A program made the position numbers and the translations under genes. 64,000 bases of DNA, taken from assembly GCA_903884105.1 (NCBI GenBank), contig CAISDJ010000027.1, positions 604 to 64,603 on the forward strand, given 5' to 3'. A model generated the notes under the pieces. The model saw only the letters and a program-made list of their open reading frames with translations. It ran no database searches and was not told the origin of the DNA. Of this stretch, positions 1-9,011 are shown piece after piece (positions within the stretch are counted from its first letter, which is position 1; every line of letters begins with the position of its first letter). The stretch comes from an uncultured Pseudomonadota bacterium (GTDB lineage: Bacteria > Pseudomonadota > Gammaproteobacteria > Steroidobacterales > Steroidobacteraceae).

Positions 1-92
1 TTCATGTAAGCCCATAGCCCGTAAGTGACGCCTGCAAAGATCAGGGCGACGAGGAGGCTCGACAGGATGCGCTGGGTGCGGGATAGGGGCAT
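1..92 (-). CDS. 5' end of a hypothetical membrane protein that runs off the left edge (partial)
   Basis: A reverse-strand ATG at 92-90 opens MPLSRTQRILSSLLVALIFAGVTYGLWAYM..., which looks like one hydrophobic helix. The fragment is too short for the ORF track and has no clear SD. Confidence 0.25.
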   Translation of the reverse strand, partial: MPLSRTQRILSSLLVALIFAGVTYGLWAYM

Positions 93-284
93 AAGGTGGC
101 GGAAATTCCGCCGGCGGAACGTAGGTGGAACGCGGAAGTATGATACCTGTTGCAACTGGTTGCCGGGAACGTGCGAATTCGGCGACTAGGCTGCGGCAGG
201 TCGCCGGACCGATCGAGGCGGCGCCCTGCCTGTGAAGCCGGTATCCCATTCATTTGCAATGCTTTATGGCGGGTCGCGCGAGGA

Positions 285-986
285 ATGCTGACACTCAGAC
301 AGGTGCGGAAGAGTTTCCCCGGCCCGGATCCGGCCCGGCCGCGGCCGGTGCTCGCCGAGGTGTCGCTCGCCCTCGAGCCCGGGGACTACATCGCGGTCAT
401 GGGCGAGTCGGGCGTCGGCAAGTCGACGCTCTTGAACCTGATTGCGGGGCTGGACGTTCCGGACTCGGGCGACGTCCTCCTCGAAGGCCAGAGCCTCGCC
501 GCCCTGGACGATGACGCGCGCACCTTGCTGCGCCGGCGCCGCATGGGCTTCGTCTTCCAGGCTTTTCATCTGCTGCCGCATCTCACCGTCGCGGGCAACG
601 TGGGGTTGCCGCTTGCGTTGAACGGGATGGCCGGGACCCATGCGGATGATCGGATCAATGAATTGCTTGAGGCCGTGGGCCTGCGCGACCGGCGCGACAG
701 CTTCCCGAAGGAACTGTCGGGTGGCGAGATGCAGCGGGTGGCGGTGGCGAGGGCGCTGGTCCATCGGCCGGCCGTGGTGCTCGCCGATGAGCCGACGGGC
801 AATCTCGATCCCGAGAGCGCTGCACAGGTGCTTGAGTTGCTGCGCGCGCAACTGAAGCGCGATGGCTCGATCGGCATCCTGGTTACGCATTCCGCTGTCG
901 CGGCTGCCACGACTGACCGCGTATACCTCCTGACTCGCCAGGGACTGCAGCTGCAATCCGGTACCACGACCCCGCGCCAGGAATGA
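285..986 (+). CDS. ABC transporter ATP-binding protein (LolD/MacB/YbbA-like)
   Basis: Walker A GESGVGKST, ABC signature LSGGEMQRVAVARAL, Walker B VVLADEPTGNLD. The internal ATG at 285 gives the typical N-terminus MLTLRQVRKSF. The TTG-150 extension is Arg-rich and looks like noise. Confidence 0.9.
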   Translation: MLTLRQVRKSFPGPDPARPRPVLAEVSLALEPGDYIAVMGESGVGKSTLLNLIAGLDVPDSGDVLLEGQSLAALDDDARTLLRRRRMGFVFQAFHLLPHLTVAGNVGLPLALNGMAGTHADDRINELLEAVGLRDRRDSFPKELSGGEMQRVAVARALVHRPAVVLADEPTGNLDPESAAQVLELLRAQLKRDGSIGILVTHSAVAAATTDRVYLLTRQGLQLQSGTTTPRQE

Positions 987-3499
987 GCAGCGCCAACGCC
1001 CAGTTGTTTGCGGCACTGGTGACCGGGCCGTTGCGTCACGCGGCCGGCCGCACGTTGCTGGCGGTTGTCGTCATCGCGCTGGGCGTGGCGCTCGGCCTCG
1101 GTGTCACGCTCGTCAATCGCTCGGCGGCGAGCGAAGTGTCGTTGGCCGCCCGCAGCCTGTTCGGGCTGTCAGACCTGGTCGTTCAGGGGACAAACGCCGG
1201 GTTCGATGAAGCGCTGTTCCCGGTGCTTGCCCGCCTGCCTGAAGTGGCGCTCGCCAATCCGGTCGTCGACGTCCAGGTCCGCGTCGTGGGGCGGCAGACT
1301 GCGCTCTCGGCCATGGGCATCGATTTCTTCCGCGCGGCGCGCATGCAACCGTCCATCGGCGTCGAAGCGCCGCGGACCAACCTCTCTCCGCTCGCTGCCG
1401 ATTCGGTATTCCTGAGTCCAGCAGCGGCACGTGACCTCGGCCTCGAGGAAGGCGACCAGCTCACCGTGCAGGTCGGTCTCGAGCCGGTGAGCTTTCATGT
1501 CGCGGGTATCCTTCCTGCAGCAGCCTATCGGCAGCGTGCGATGGTGCTCGACATCGGGACCGCCCAATGGCGCCTCGGACAGCTTGGGAAGCTGCAGCGG
1601 GTGGAGCTTCGGCTGCGCAGCGGCACATCGACGGAGGCAGTTCAGCGCAGGATTGCCGCGATGCTCCCGCCCGGCGTCAGCGTGACGACGCCCGGGGCAG
1701 AGACCGACGAAGCGTTGCGGCTCACCCGAGCCTATCGCTCGAACCTGACCGCGCTCGCGCTGGTTGCGCTCTTCACCGGCGCATTCCTCGTGCACTCCAC
1801 GCAATCGCTGGCGGTCATTCGCCGTCGCCGCGAGTTCGCGCTGCTCAAGGCGATGGGGGTTTCGGCGCGAGAGCAGATCGCCAGCACGTTGGCCGGCGGC
1901 GCGATCGTTGGTGGTGCAGGTGCGCTCTGCGGTGTGGGGCTCGGTATCTTGATCGCCGACCTGGGTCTGAACGCGTTTGGTGCCGACCTGGGTGCGGGCT
2001 ATTTCCGTGGCATTGCGCCCGCGCTCAAGGTGGACTGGCTCGACGCCGGCGTTTTCTTCCTGCTCGGTACGGCGGCCGCGATTGCCGGCACCCTCCGGCC
2101 CGCCATTGCCGCGGCCCGGGTTCCCGCTGCCCTCGCGCTGAAGGCGGGTGATCTCGAGGATCCCGCGGTTCGTGGCAACACCATTGCCGGCCTCGCGCTG
2201 TGGGGATTCGCGGGTGTGCTGCTTCTCCTGCCCGCGGTCGACGGCTTGCCGCTGGCGGGCTATAGCGCCATCGCGCTGGTGCTGATCGGCGCCGTGTTCC
2301 TGATGCCGGCTGTGACGCGATTGCTGCTGCGTCTGTTGCCGTCGGTGCGCTCGGTCCCGCTGCAGATTGCCACCGCGCATCTGCGCGGCACGGCACGGCA
2401 AGCGACCACGAGCCTGTCCGCCATCCTGGTCAGTTTCAGCCTGATGGTGGCGATGGCGGTGATGGTCACGTCGTTCCGCACGTCGCTCGACCAGTGGCTG
2501 GAGAAAATCCTGCCAGCCGATTTGTACCTGCGAGCCGGTTTTACCAGCGAGACGGCTTTCCTCGACGCGAATGACGTCACGGCACTCGCGGCGTTGCCGG
2601 AGGTGGAGCGGGTTGACGCGAACCGCTTTGCCCAGCTGGCCGTGACGGGGCTCAAGACACCCCTGGGGCTCATCGCGCGGCCGATCACGGAGCAGAATGC
2701 AGGCCGCATGCTGTGGATTGAATCGACGGCGACGAACGTTGCGCTGCCGGATGCCCAACCGGTCTGGATTTCAGAAGCGGCCGCAGATCTCTTGTCGTTG
2801 CGCTCCGGAGCCGTGTTCACCGGCTCCATCGGGGAACGCGCAGTGCAGTTCTCCGTGCGCGGTGTGTACCGGGACTATGAGCGGCAGAATGGGGGTGTCG
2901 TGATCGATCACGATGCCTACGTGCGGCTGACGGGCGATCTGCGGACGAATGCGGCGTGGCTTTGGCTCAAGCCGGGGGCCGATGTCGATCACCTCGTCAA
3001 TTCGATTCACGAGCGGCTTCCTGGTCTTGCCGAATTCGATGTGCGTCGGCCAGGCGAGATTCGGGCGATCACCTTGAGGGTCTTCGACCGCACGTTCGCA
3101 GTGACGTACCTGCTCGAGATCATTGCAGTGGGTATCGGCCTTGCGGGCATCGCCGCCAGCACCAGTGCGCAGGTCATCGCGAGGAGGGCGGAGCTCGGCG
3201 TCTTGAGGCATGTGGGCCTGCTGCGCAGGCAGGTCGGTTTCATGCTGGCGGCGGAGGGTGGATTGCTCGGCGCCGTGGGTGTGCTGGCAGGACTGGTCAT
3301 CGGCTCGGTGGTGAGTCTGATCCTCATCTATGTCGTCAATCGCCAGTCGTTTCATTGGAGCATGGACGTGTACTTCCCTTGGGTCTTGTTGATGGCGTTC
3401 AGCGTTTCGCTGGTGGCCGCAGCCGCCCTGACGGCGGTGTGGAGCGGCCGGCTCAGCTTGCGCGACGACATCATCCGGGCCGTGAAGGAGGACTGGTGA
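983..3499 (+). CDS. FtsX-family ABC permease with a duplicated FtsX domain (YbbP-like, 838 aa)
   Basis: ATGA overlap with the upstream ATPase. There are two blocks of TM helices, each followed by a large periplasmic region, as in fused MacB/YbbP-type permeases. Confidence 0.88.
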   Translation: MSSANAQLFAALVTGPLRHAAGRTLLAVVVIALGVALGLGVTLVNRSAASEVSLAARSLFGLSDLVVQGTNAGFDEALFPVLARLPEVALANPVVDVQVRVVGRQTALSAMGIDFFRAARMQPSIGVEAPRTNLSPLAADSVFLSPAAARDLGLEEGDQLTVQVGLEPVSFHVAGILPAAAYRQRAMVLDIGTAQWRLGQLGKLQRVELRLRSGTSTEAVQRRIAAMLPPGVSVTTPGAETDEALRLTRAYRSNLTALALVALFTGAFLVHSTQSLAVIRRRREFALLKAMGVSAREQIASTLAGGAIVGGAGALCGVGLGILIADLGLNAFGADLGAGYFRGIAPALKVDWLDAGVFFLLGTAAAIAGTLRPAIAAARVPAALALKAGDLEDPAVRGNTIAGLALWGFAGVLLLLPAVDGLPLAGYSAIALVLIGAVFLMPAVTRLLLRLLPSVRSVPLQIATAHLRGTARQATTSLSAILVSFSLMVAMAVMVTSFRTSLDQWLEKILPADLYLRAGFTSETAFLDANDVTALAALPEVERVDANRFAQLAVTGLKTPLGLIARPITEQNAGRMLWIESTATNVALPDAQPVWISEAAADLLSLRSGAVFTGSIGERAVQFSVRGVYRDYERQNGGVVIDHDAYVRLTGDLRTNAAWLWLKPGADVDHLVNSIHERLPGLAEFDVRRPGEIRAITLRVFDRTFAVTYLLEIIAVGIGLAGIAASTSAQVIARRAELGVLRHVGLLRRQVGFMLAAEGGLLGAVGVLAGLVIGSVVSLILIYVVNRQSFHWSMDVYFPWVLLMAFSVSLVAAAALTAVWSGRLSLRDDIIRAVKEDW

Positions 3500-4608
3500 T
3501 GGCGGCGATGCCGCGCCTGTCGTCGCTTTTCCTGGCCACCTGCGCAACGCTCCTGACCGTGGCCTTGCTTGTGTCCGCCTTGGCCGCCGCTGCCGAGTAT
3601 CCGCCCGTGGTGCGGGGCCAGGTCCTCGCGTTCCCGGCGGATGAAGGCAGTCATCCGCAGTATCGGATCGAGTGGTGGTACGTCACGGGCTGGTTGCAGG
3701 ACGAAAGCGGCCAGTCGCGGGGCTTCCAGGTGACCTTCTTCCGTAATCGGCCAGGCCTTGATGAGGGCAACCCCTCGCAGTTCGCTGCGCGCCAGCTGCT
3801 GTTTGCTCATGCTGCGATCAGCGATCCTGCGGTCGGCCGCCTGTTGCACGACGAGCGGGTGGCGCGAGCGGGCTTTGGACTTGCTGAAGCCACAGCGGGC
3901 AGCACTGACGTGGTGCTTGAGGACTGGTCGTTGCGTCAGGACGGACAAACCTATCATGTGAACATTCCCGGCAAGGACTTCCAGCTCGCCCTTGATCTCG
4001 TTGCCACTCAGCTTCCCCTGCTTCAGGGAGACGCCGGCTTCAGTCAGAAGGGACCCGATCAGGGTTCCGCGAGCCATTACTACAGCCAGCCGCAGATGGC
4101 AGTGTCCGGCCGGATCAGCGCGGGGGGTCGCGAGTTCGCTGTGCAAGGTACCGCCTGGTTCGATCACGAATGGTCCAGCACGTTGCTGGACGACGCGGCG
4201 CAGGGGTGGGACTGGCTGGGAATCAACCTGATCGATGGCGGCGCCCTGATGGCTTTTCGCATGCGTGACGCCGAGGGCCATGCACACTGGGCGGCGGCCA
4301 GCACGCGGCGCGGCTCGGGTGCGGCGGCAGTGACATCAGCCTATCGGCCGGAGCAGATCGAATGGCTGCCGGAGCGACAGTGGCGATCACCCCGCACCGG
4401 CATCGAGTATCCCGTCGAGTGGCGGCTGCGCGTGGGCGACACCTGGTATCAGGTGAGGCCCCTGTTCGATGATCAGGAGAGCGACTCGCGGCGCAGTACC
4501 GGCACGATCTATTGGGAAGGCGCGGTTGAACTGCTCGACGCGACCGGTGCCGTGGCCGGGCGAGGCTACCTGGAACTGACCGGATACGGCACCCGACTCA
4601 GGATGTAG
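3499..4608 (+). CDS. Secreted lipocalin-like AttH / CrtC (hydroxyneurosporene synthase)-domain protein
   Basis: TGATG overlap with the permease. Signal peptide MAAMPRLSSLFLATCATLLTVALLVSALAAAA. The motifs EWWYVTGW and WFDHEWS are typical of the AttH/CrtC-like family. Only the part of ORF 2956-4608 downstream of 3499 is credible. Confidence 0.72.
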   Translation: MAAMPRLSSLFLATCATLLTVALLVSALAAAAEYPPVVRGQVLAFPADEGSHPQYRIEWWYVTGWLQDESGQSRGFQVTFFRNRPGLDEGNPSQFAARQLLFAHAAISDPAVGRLLHDERVARAGFGLAEATAGSTDVVLEDWSLRQDGQTYHVNIPGKDFQLALDLVATQLPLLQGDAGFSQKGPDQGSASHYYSQPQMAVSGRISAGGREFAVQGTAWFDHEWSSTLLDDAAQGWDWLGINLIDGGALMAFRMRDAEGHAHWAAASTRRGSGAAAVTSAYRPEQIEWLPERQWRSPRTGIEYPVEWRLRVGDTWYQVRPLFDDQESDSRRSTGTIYWEGAVELLDATGAVAGRGYLELTGYGTRLRM

Positions 4609-4722
4609 ACCCCACCGCCGGACCCGGATGACCGGCCTGAATGTGCCGCTGTTAACAGTTGCCGCGGCTCAAGACCCCCTGCGCGGCGGGATGCGGCGGG
4701 CCGGCTGCTACGATCCGGCCAG

Positions 4723-5991
4723 ATGTCATTCCCCTACACCCCAGACCTGATCGAGACGCCGCTGGACGCCGCCAACGTCAGGCCGCAGCGGGTGCTGCAC
4801 CTGGTCAGTGGGCAGACGGAAGGCAATCTCGTCATCAACACCATGCTGCTGCCGCTCCTCATGAAGGGCGATCGCAGAACCCTGCTGCATCGAGTGGTGC
4901 ACTTCGCGACGGGGCATCCCCACGCGAACGTGATCCGGCAGTCGGGTATTCCAGTCCATGAGGTCACGCTCTCGCGCAGGCGCTGGTCCGCGCTCTCGCC
5001 CCGCGAGCTCGTGCAGATCGTGCGCGAATTCGATCCGGATGTGATTCATGCCTGGGGCCTGGCGGCACTGGTCTCGGCGCAGCTGTTGCGCCGGTTTGCC
5101 GGTCCCGGCACCGGCTGCATTTGCAGCCAGATCCAGACTGAAGCGCTGTCCCCGCGCGCCGGGGCGCTGGATCGACTGAAACTCAAGCTGGCCTTGAAGC
5201 TCGCACCGCGGCTAGACCAGATCGTCTATCCGTCGGAAGCGTCGAGATCCAGGCACCGCCGGGCAGGCTTTCCCGTGGAGAATTCAACCGTCATCTCGCC
5301 CGGCGTCGATGCCGAGCGGTTCAAGCCGAGCCTCGTGGCTCGCAAGCGCGTGCGCGAGAAGCTGGGGTTGGCCACGAACGCCTTTGTCATCGGCATGCAG
5401 GCGCCTTACCAGCCCGAGTTTGACCACATCACGTTCTTCAAGGCGGCGGGCGAGATCATTCGCGCCAACCCGCATGCGCAGATCCTGCTGGCCGGAAAAG
5501 GGGTGCAGAAAGGCAATGCGCCGCTCATGGCGCTCGTCGGAGGAGGTGCGCTGGCGACTCGCGTTCGCCTGCTCGGCGAATGGTCGGACTTGCCCGGCTT
5601 GTTCAGCGCCTGCGATGTGGTGGTTTCCAGCGCGCTGACCGATGACATGCGGATGACGCTTGCGATGGCAATGCTCTGCGGCATTCCGTGTGTCGCGACG
5701 AGCGTGGCAGCGCAAGGAGAAGTGGTCGGCCGCTTCGGGATCTCTGCCGAGGCGGGTAGTGAAACCTCACTGGCGCGAGGCATCACCCGGGTGATGGAGA
5801 TGCCTGCGGAACACCGTGTCTTCATGGCACGCAACGCGCGCGACAACGCGATGAATCATTTCAGCCAGACCCGGTCGATCTGGCGCTACCAGATGGTCTA
5901 CCTGGGCGTTCCCGACGAGGGTATCGCGCCGGTCGACGATCAGCCGGCTCCAAGGCCTCAAGTCGCCCCTGTCGATCAACCGGCAGCCTGA
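4723..5991 (+). CDS. Glycosyltransferase, GT4 (GT-B fold) family
   Basis: A 422-aa ORF with a C-terminal GT1/GT4-type region (LLAGKG...LLGEWSDLPGLFSACDVVVSSALTDDMRMTLAMAMLCGIPCVAT). Confidence 0.75.
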   Translation: MSFPYTPDLIETPLDAANVRPQRVLHLVSGQTEGNLVINTMLLPLLMKGDRRTLLHRVVHFATGHPHANVIRQSGIPVHEVTLSRRRWSALSPRELVQIVREFDPDVIHAWGLAALVSAQLLRRFAGPGTGCICSQIQTEALSPRAGALDRLKLKLALKLAPRLDQIVYPSEASRSRHRRAGFPVENSTVISPGVDAERFKPSLVARKRVREKLGLATNAFVIGMQAPYQPEFDHITFFKAAGEIIRANPHAQILLAGKGVQKGNAPLMALVGGGALATRVRLLGEWSDLPGLFSACDVVVSSALTDDMRMTLAMAMLCGIPCVATSVAAQGEVVGRFGISAEAGSETSLARGITRVMEMPAEHRVFMARNARDNAMNHFSQTRSIWRYQMVYLGVPDEGIAPVDDQPAPRPQVAPVDQPAA

Positions 5992-6046
5992 GTTCTAGAC
6001 TCGCAGCGAAGCGGCGTCGCGAGCAAGCGGCTCGATCTCGTTCCAC

Positions 6047-6536
6047 TTGCCGGCATTCATGAGCTCGGTTGTCGCAATTCAGGACCCGCCCACGCACTCG
6101 ACATTCGGCAGCTGCAGAAAGTCCGGCGCCGTTGCGCGCGAGATTCCCCCGGTGGGGCAGACTCCCGCCAATCTGCTCAGGTCGCTCAGCGCCGAGTCCT
6201 TGGACTGGAGTCGTGTCTGGGTGACGTTGGCTGATGAGCGTTGGGTGGAAGCGATCGAAGAGAACAGCAACGAGCGAATGGTGCGAGAGTCGCTGCTGGT
6301 GGGGCCTGCTGCAAAGGCGAACTTCGTCGGCCTGAAGAATCCGTCTGCTGCCGTTGATCAGGCCGTGGACTGGCCGGGGCACTCGACGCATCGGCTGCGC
6401 CCGCCTGCATATCGTGGGGGACGGCAGGTGGCAGGCCTACCTCAAGGCGAGAGAGCCTGGACTCGCCACGGAATTTCCTGTCCGCGGCATCCTGCATCAG
6501 CAACAGGTGCCGGTCGACGTCTTCTGGGCTCCCTAG
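6047..6536 (+). pseudogene. pgl: Decayed 6-phosphogluconolactonase (pgl/devB-type) relic
   Basis: Frame 1 carries ...LDWSRVWVTLADERWVEAIEENSNERMVRESLL...AKANFVGL, which is the Pgl core motif. Another frame (6354-6536) carries a Pgl-like C-terminus, PVRGIL...VDVFWAP. The central GxGxDGH segment is absent and the N-terminal SGG.TP motif has degenerated to PPVGQTP. Confidence 0.55.
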
Positions 6537-6551
6537 AGCCCAATGCCAGCT

Positions 6552-8627
6552 CTAGAGATTCACCTGGCTGCTGATCTCGACCACACGATGGGCGGGGACG
6601 CCGAAGTGGATGGACGCGAGCTGGCTGTTGCGCCCCATGACGGCGAACAGCCGCTTGCGCCACAGAGGCATCCCGGAGTTGCCCGAAAACACCGGGTTCT
6701 CGCGGCCAATGACATAGGTGGTCTCGTCAGGCCGGAATTCGACGCCCTTGGCATCTGCACCCCGCAAGGCCGACAGGATGTCCGGCACTTCCATGAAGCC
6801 GTAGCGCGCAATGACGCGGTAGATTCCGGGTGCAATCGTGTGCGTATCCACGCGCTTTTCGGTGGGTACGCGGGGCAGTTCCGTGCTCACGAACGTCAGC
6901 AGGATGATGCGTTCGTGCATGACACCGTTGAACCTCAGGTTCTGCGAAAGCGCACGCGGAATGCCTCCTGCATCGCTCACGAGATAGACGGCCGTGCCCG
7001 GCGCGATATTCGGCTTCTGCTCCATGATGGATGCAAGGAATTCGCGTACCGGAACCTGCTGCTTGGCAACGAGCCAGGCCAGGGCGCGCCGTCCTTCCCG
7101 CCAGGTGCTCATCAGCAGGTAAATCCCGGATGCAATCGCCAACGGGATCCAGCCACCATCGGCGAGCTTCAGGATGTTCGACGCAAAGAAGAACAGTTCA
7201 AAGACCAGGATGATCGCCAGCACGCCGATAACGGCCCGATTGCCCTTTGCATCCGCAATCCTGAGCAACATGATCACCATGACCGATGTGACCACCATGT
7301 CGCACACGATGGCGATGCCATAGGCACCGGCGAGGGCGCTCGACGACCCGAAGAGGATGACCAGCGTCAGGGTGCAGATAAACAGCAGCCAGTTCACGGC
7401 GGGCACATAGACCTGGCCGATCGAGTGCTCCGAGGAATGTAGCACTCGCAGTCGCGGCAGGTATCCCATGTTGATCGCCTGCCTGGCGATGGAGAAGACG
7501 CCCGAGATGACGGCCTGTGACGCGATGACCGTAGCGGCGGTCGCCAGCAGGATCAGCGGCACCAGGGCCCAGGCTGGTGCGAGCAGATAGAACGGATTCC
7601 GGATGGCCTCCGGGTCAGTGAGCAGCAATGCCCCCTGTCCGAAGTAGTTGAGCAGCAGTGCGGGCAGCACGACGAACAGCCAGCCCTTGCGAATCGGACC
7701 TCGCCCGAAGTGGCCCATGTCTGCATACAGGGCCTCGCCACCGGTCACGCACAGAAACACCGACGACAGCGTGATGAACCCGGCCACGCCGTTGTCCATG
7801 AAAAAGCGTGCGGCGTGCGCCGGGTTGATGGCGGCCAGCACCTGGGGCGCCAGCAGGATTCCGCGAATGCCGAGGACGGCGAGGGTCGCGAACCACGCGA
7901 TGATGACGGGCCCGAAGGCGCGGCCCATGACCGCAGTGCCGCGCTTCTGTACAAAGAAGAGACACGTAAGGATCAGGGCGGCACCCGGCATGACGACGTT
8001 GTGCAGGTTGGGAGCGGCGACGGCCAGCCCCTCGATGGCACTCATCACCGAGATGGCGGGGGTAATGAAGCCGTCACCAAAGAACAATGCTGCGCCGAAA
8101 AGTCCGATAGCGCTGACTGGGGTCCATATCCGCCAGTTCCGCGACGCGCCGACCAGCAGTGCGCTCAAAGCCAGGATGCCACCTTCGCCTCGGTTGTCGG
8201 CTTCCAGCACGATGCCGACGTACTTGACCGTGATGATCAGGGCGAGGCACCAGAAGATCAGCGACAACAAGCCCAGGACGTTATCTGGCATGACGGCGAT
8301 GCCGTGGATTGGCGAGAAGCACTCGCGCAGGGCGTAGAGGGGGCTCGTGCCGATGTCGCCAAAGACGACGCCAAGCGCACCGACCACGATGGCGACCCCG
8401 CCCTTCGAATTGCTCGTCTCATGCACGGGCCTATGCGCATCCGCAGTGCCGGTGGAGTCCGCTTCGTCTACAGAGGAAGGCGCTGATAAAGCCAGGTTGA
8501 TGATGCGCGGCAAGATGGGACTTGGCTTGGCAGTGGACCGTAGGGGAGAGGGCGTGATGCTCAGGCGCGAAGTGTAGCCCTGGCGTCGGCGGCTTTCCAT
8601 GCCATTATTCGCGCACGTCGATCTCAC
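6552..8627 (-). CDS. kup: KUP-family potassium uptake transporter
   Basis: GVVFGDIGTSPLYALRECF motif, about 12 TM helices and a cytoplasmic C-terminal domain. The start is uncertain (8627 or ATG at 8600). Confidence 0.9.
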   Translation of the reverse strand: MRSTCANNGMESRRRQGYTSRLSITPSPLRSTAKPSPILPRIINLALSAPSSVDEADSTGTADAHRPVHETSNSKGGVAIVVGALGVVFGDIGTSPLYALRECFSPIHGIAVMPDNVLGLLSLIFWCLALIITVKYVGIVLEADNRGEGGILALSALLVGASRNWRIWTPVSAIGLFGAALFFGDGFITPAISVMSAIEGLAVAAPNLHNVVMPGAALILTCLFFVQKRGTAVMGRAFGPVIIAWFATLAVLGIRGILLAPQVLAAINPAHAARFFMDNGVAGFITLSSVFLCVTGGEALYADMGHFGRGPIRKGWLFVVLPALLLNYFGQGALLLTDPEAIRNPFYLLAPAWALVPLILLATAATVIASQAVISGVFSIARQAINMGYLPRLRVLHSSEHSIGQVYVPAVNWLLFICTLTLVILFGSSSALAGAYGIAIVCDMVVTSVMVIMLLRIADAKGNRAVIGVLAIILVFELFFFASNILKLADGGWIPLAIASGIYLLMSTWREGRRALAWLVAKQQVPVREFLASIMEQKPNIAPGTAVYLVSDAGGIPRALSQNLRFNGVMHERIILLTFVSTELPRVPTEKRVDTHTIAPGIYRVIARYGFMEVPDILSALRGADAKGVEFRPDETTYVIGRENPVFSGNSGMPLWRKRLFAVMGRNSQLASIHFGVPAHRVVEISSQVNL

Positions 8628-8655
8628 CGGGGCGACCGGTCAACTGGGGGTGGGC

Positions 8656-8961
8656 ATGTCCCAAGGGCTTGTTTGCTGGAATTGCGGGGCGTCCATTGCC
8701 GACTTGAGCTTGCCGCTCAGCCGCTTTGACGAGTGCCGTGGCTGCCGCGCGCCGTTGCATGCGTGCCGCCTGTGCGAGTTCTACCAGACCACTGTCGCCA
8801 AGCAGTGCCGCGAACCGATTGCAGAGGAAGTAAAGGACAAAGAGCGGGCGAATTTCTGCGACTACTTCAAGCCCCGCCTCGGCGCTCACACGCCACGAAA
8901 CCAACAGGAACTGGATGATGCGCGAGCCGCGCTCGATGCGTTCTTCGGGTTGCAGCGTTGA
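8656..8961 (+). CDS. Small cysteine-rich (zinc-ribbon-like) hypothetical protein
   Basis: CWNCG...CRGC...CRLC...C...FCDYF pattern. The ATG at 8656 is preferred over the longer 8599 start. No family was recognised. Confidence 0.45.
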   Translation: MSQGLVCWNCGASIADLSLPLSRFDECRGCRAPLHACRLCEFYQTTVAKQCREPIAEEVKDKERANFCDYFKPRLGAHTPRNQQELDDARAALDAFFGLQR

Positions 8962-9011
8962 CTTCTGGGGAGGCGACTCGGGAGCCGCGCAAGGCGAGTC
9001 CGTTCGTGCCG

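Noticed and set aside
2956-3498. Long N-terminal extensions of real genes in the ORF track: 2956-3498, 24170-24523, 29748-29957, 29777-30076, 44312-44779, 58098-58304, 19340-19585, 16638-16697 and 15010-15123.
   Set aside because: The extensions overlap the preceding gene, are Arg/Pro-rich, and are followed by an internal start that yields the canonical N-terminus or signal peptide, often with an ATGA/TGATG overlap.
4649-4658. A 10-bp perfect palindrome, CTGTTAACAG, upstream of the glycosyltransferase gene.
   Set aside because: It is short and contains a HpaI-type hexamer. Such a palindrome is easily expected by chance in 64 kb, and no supporting context was found.
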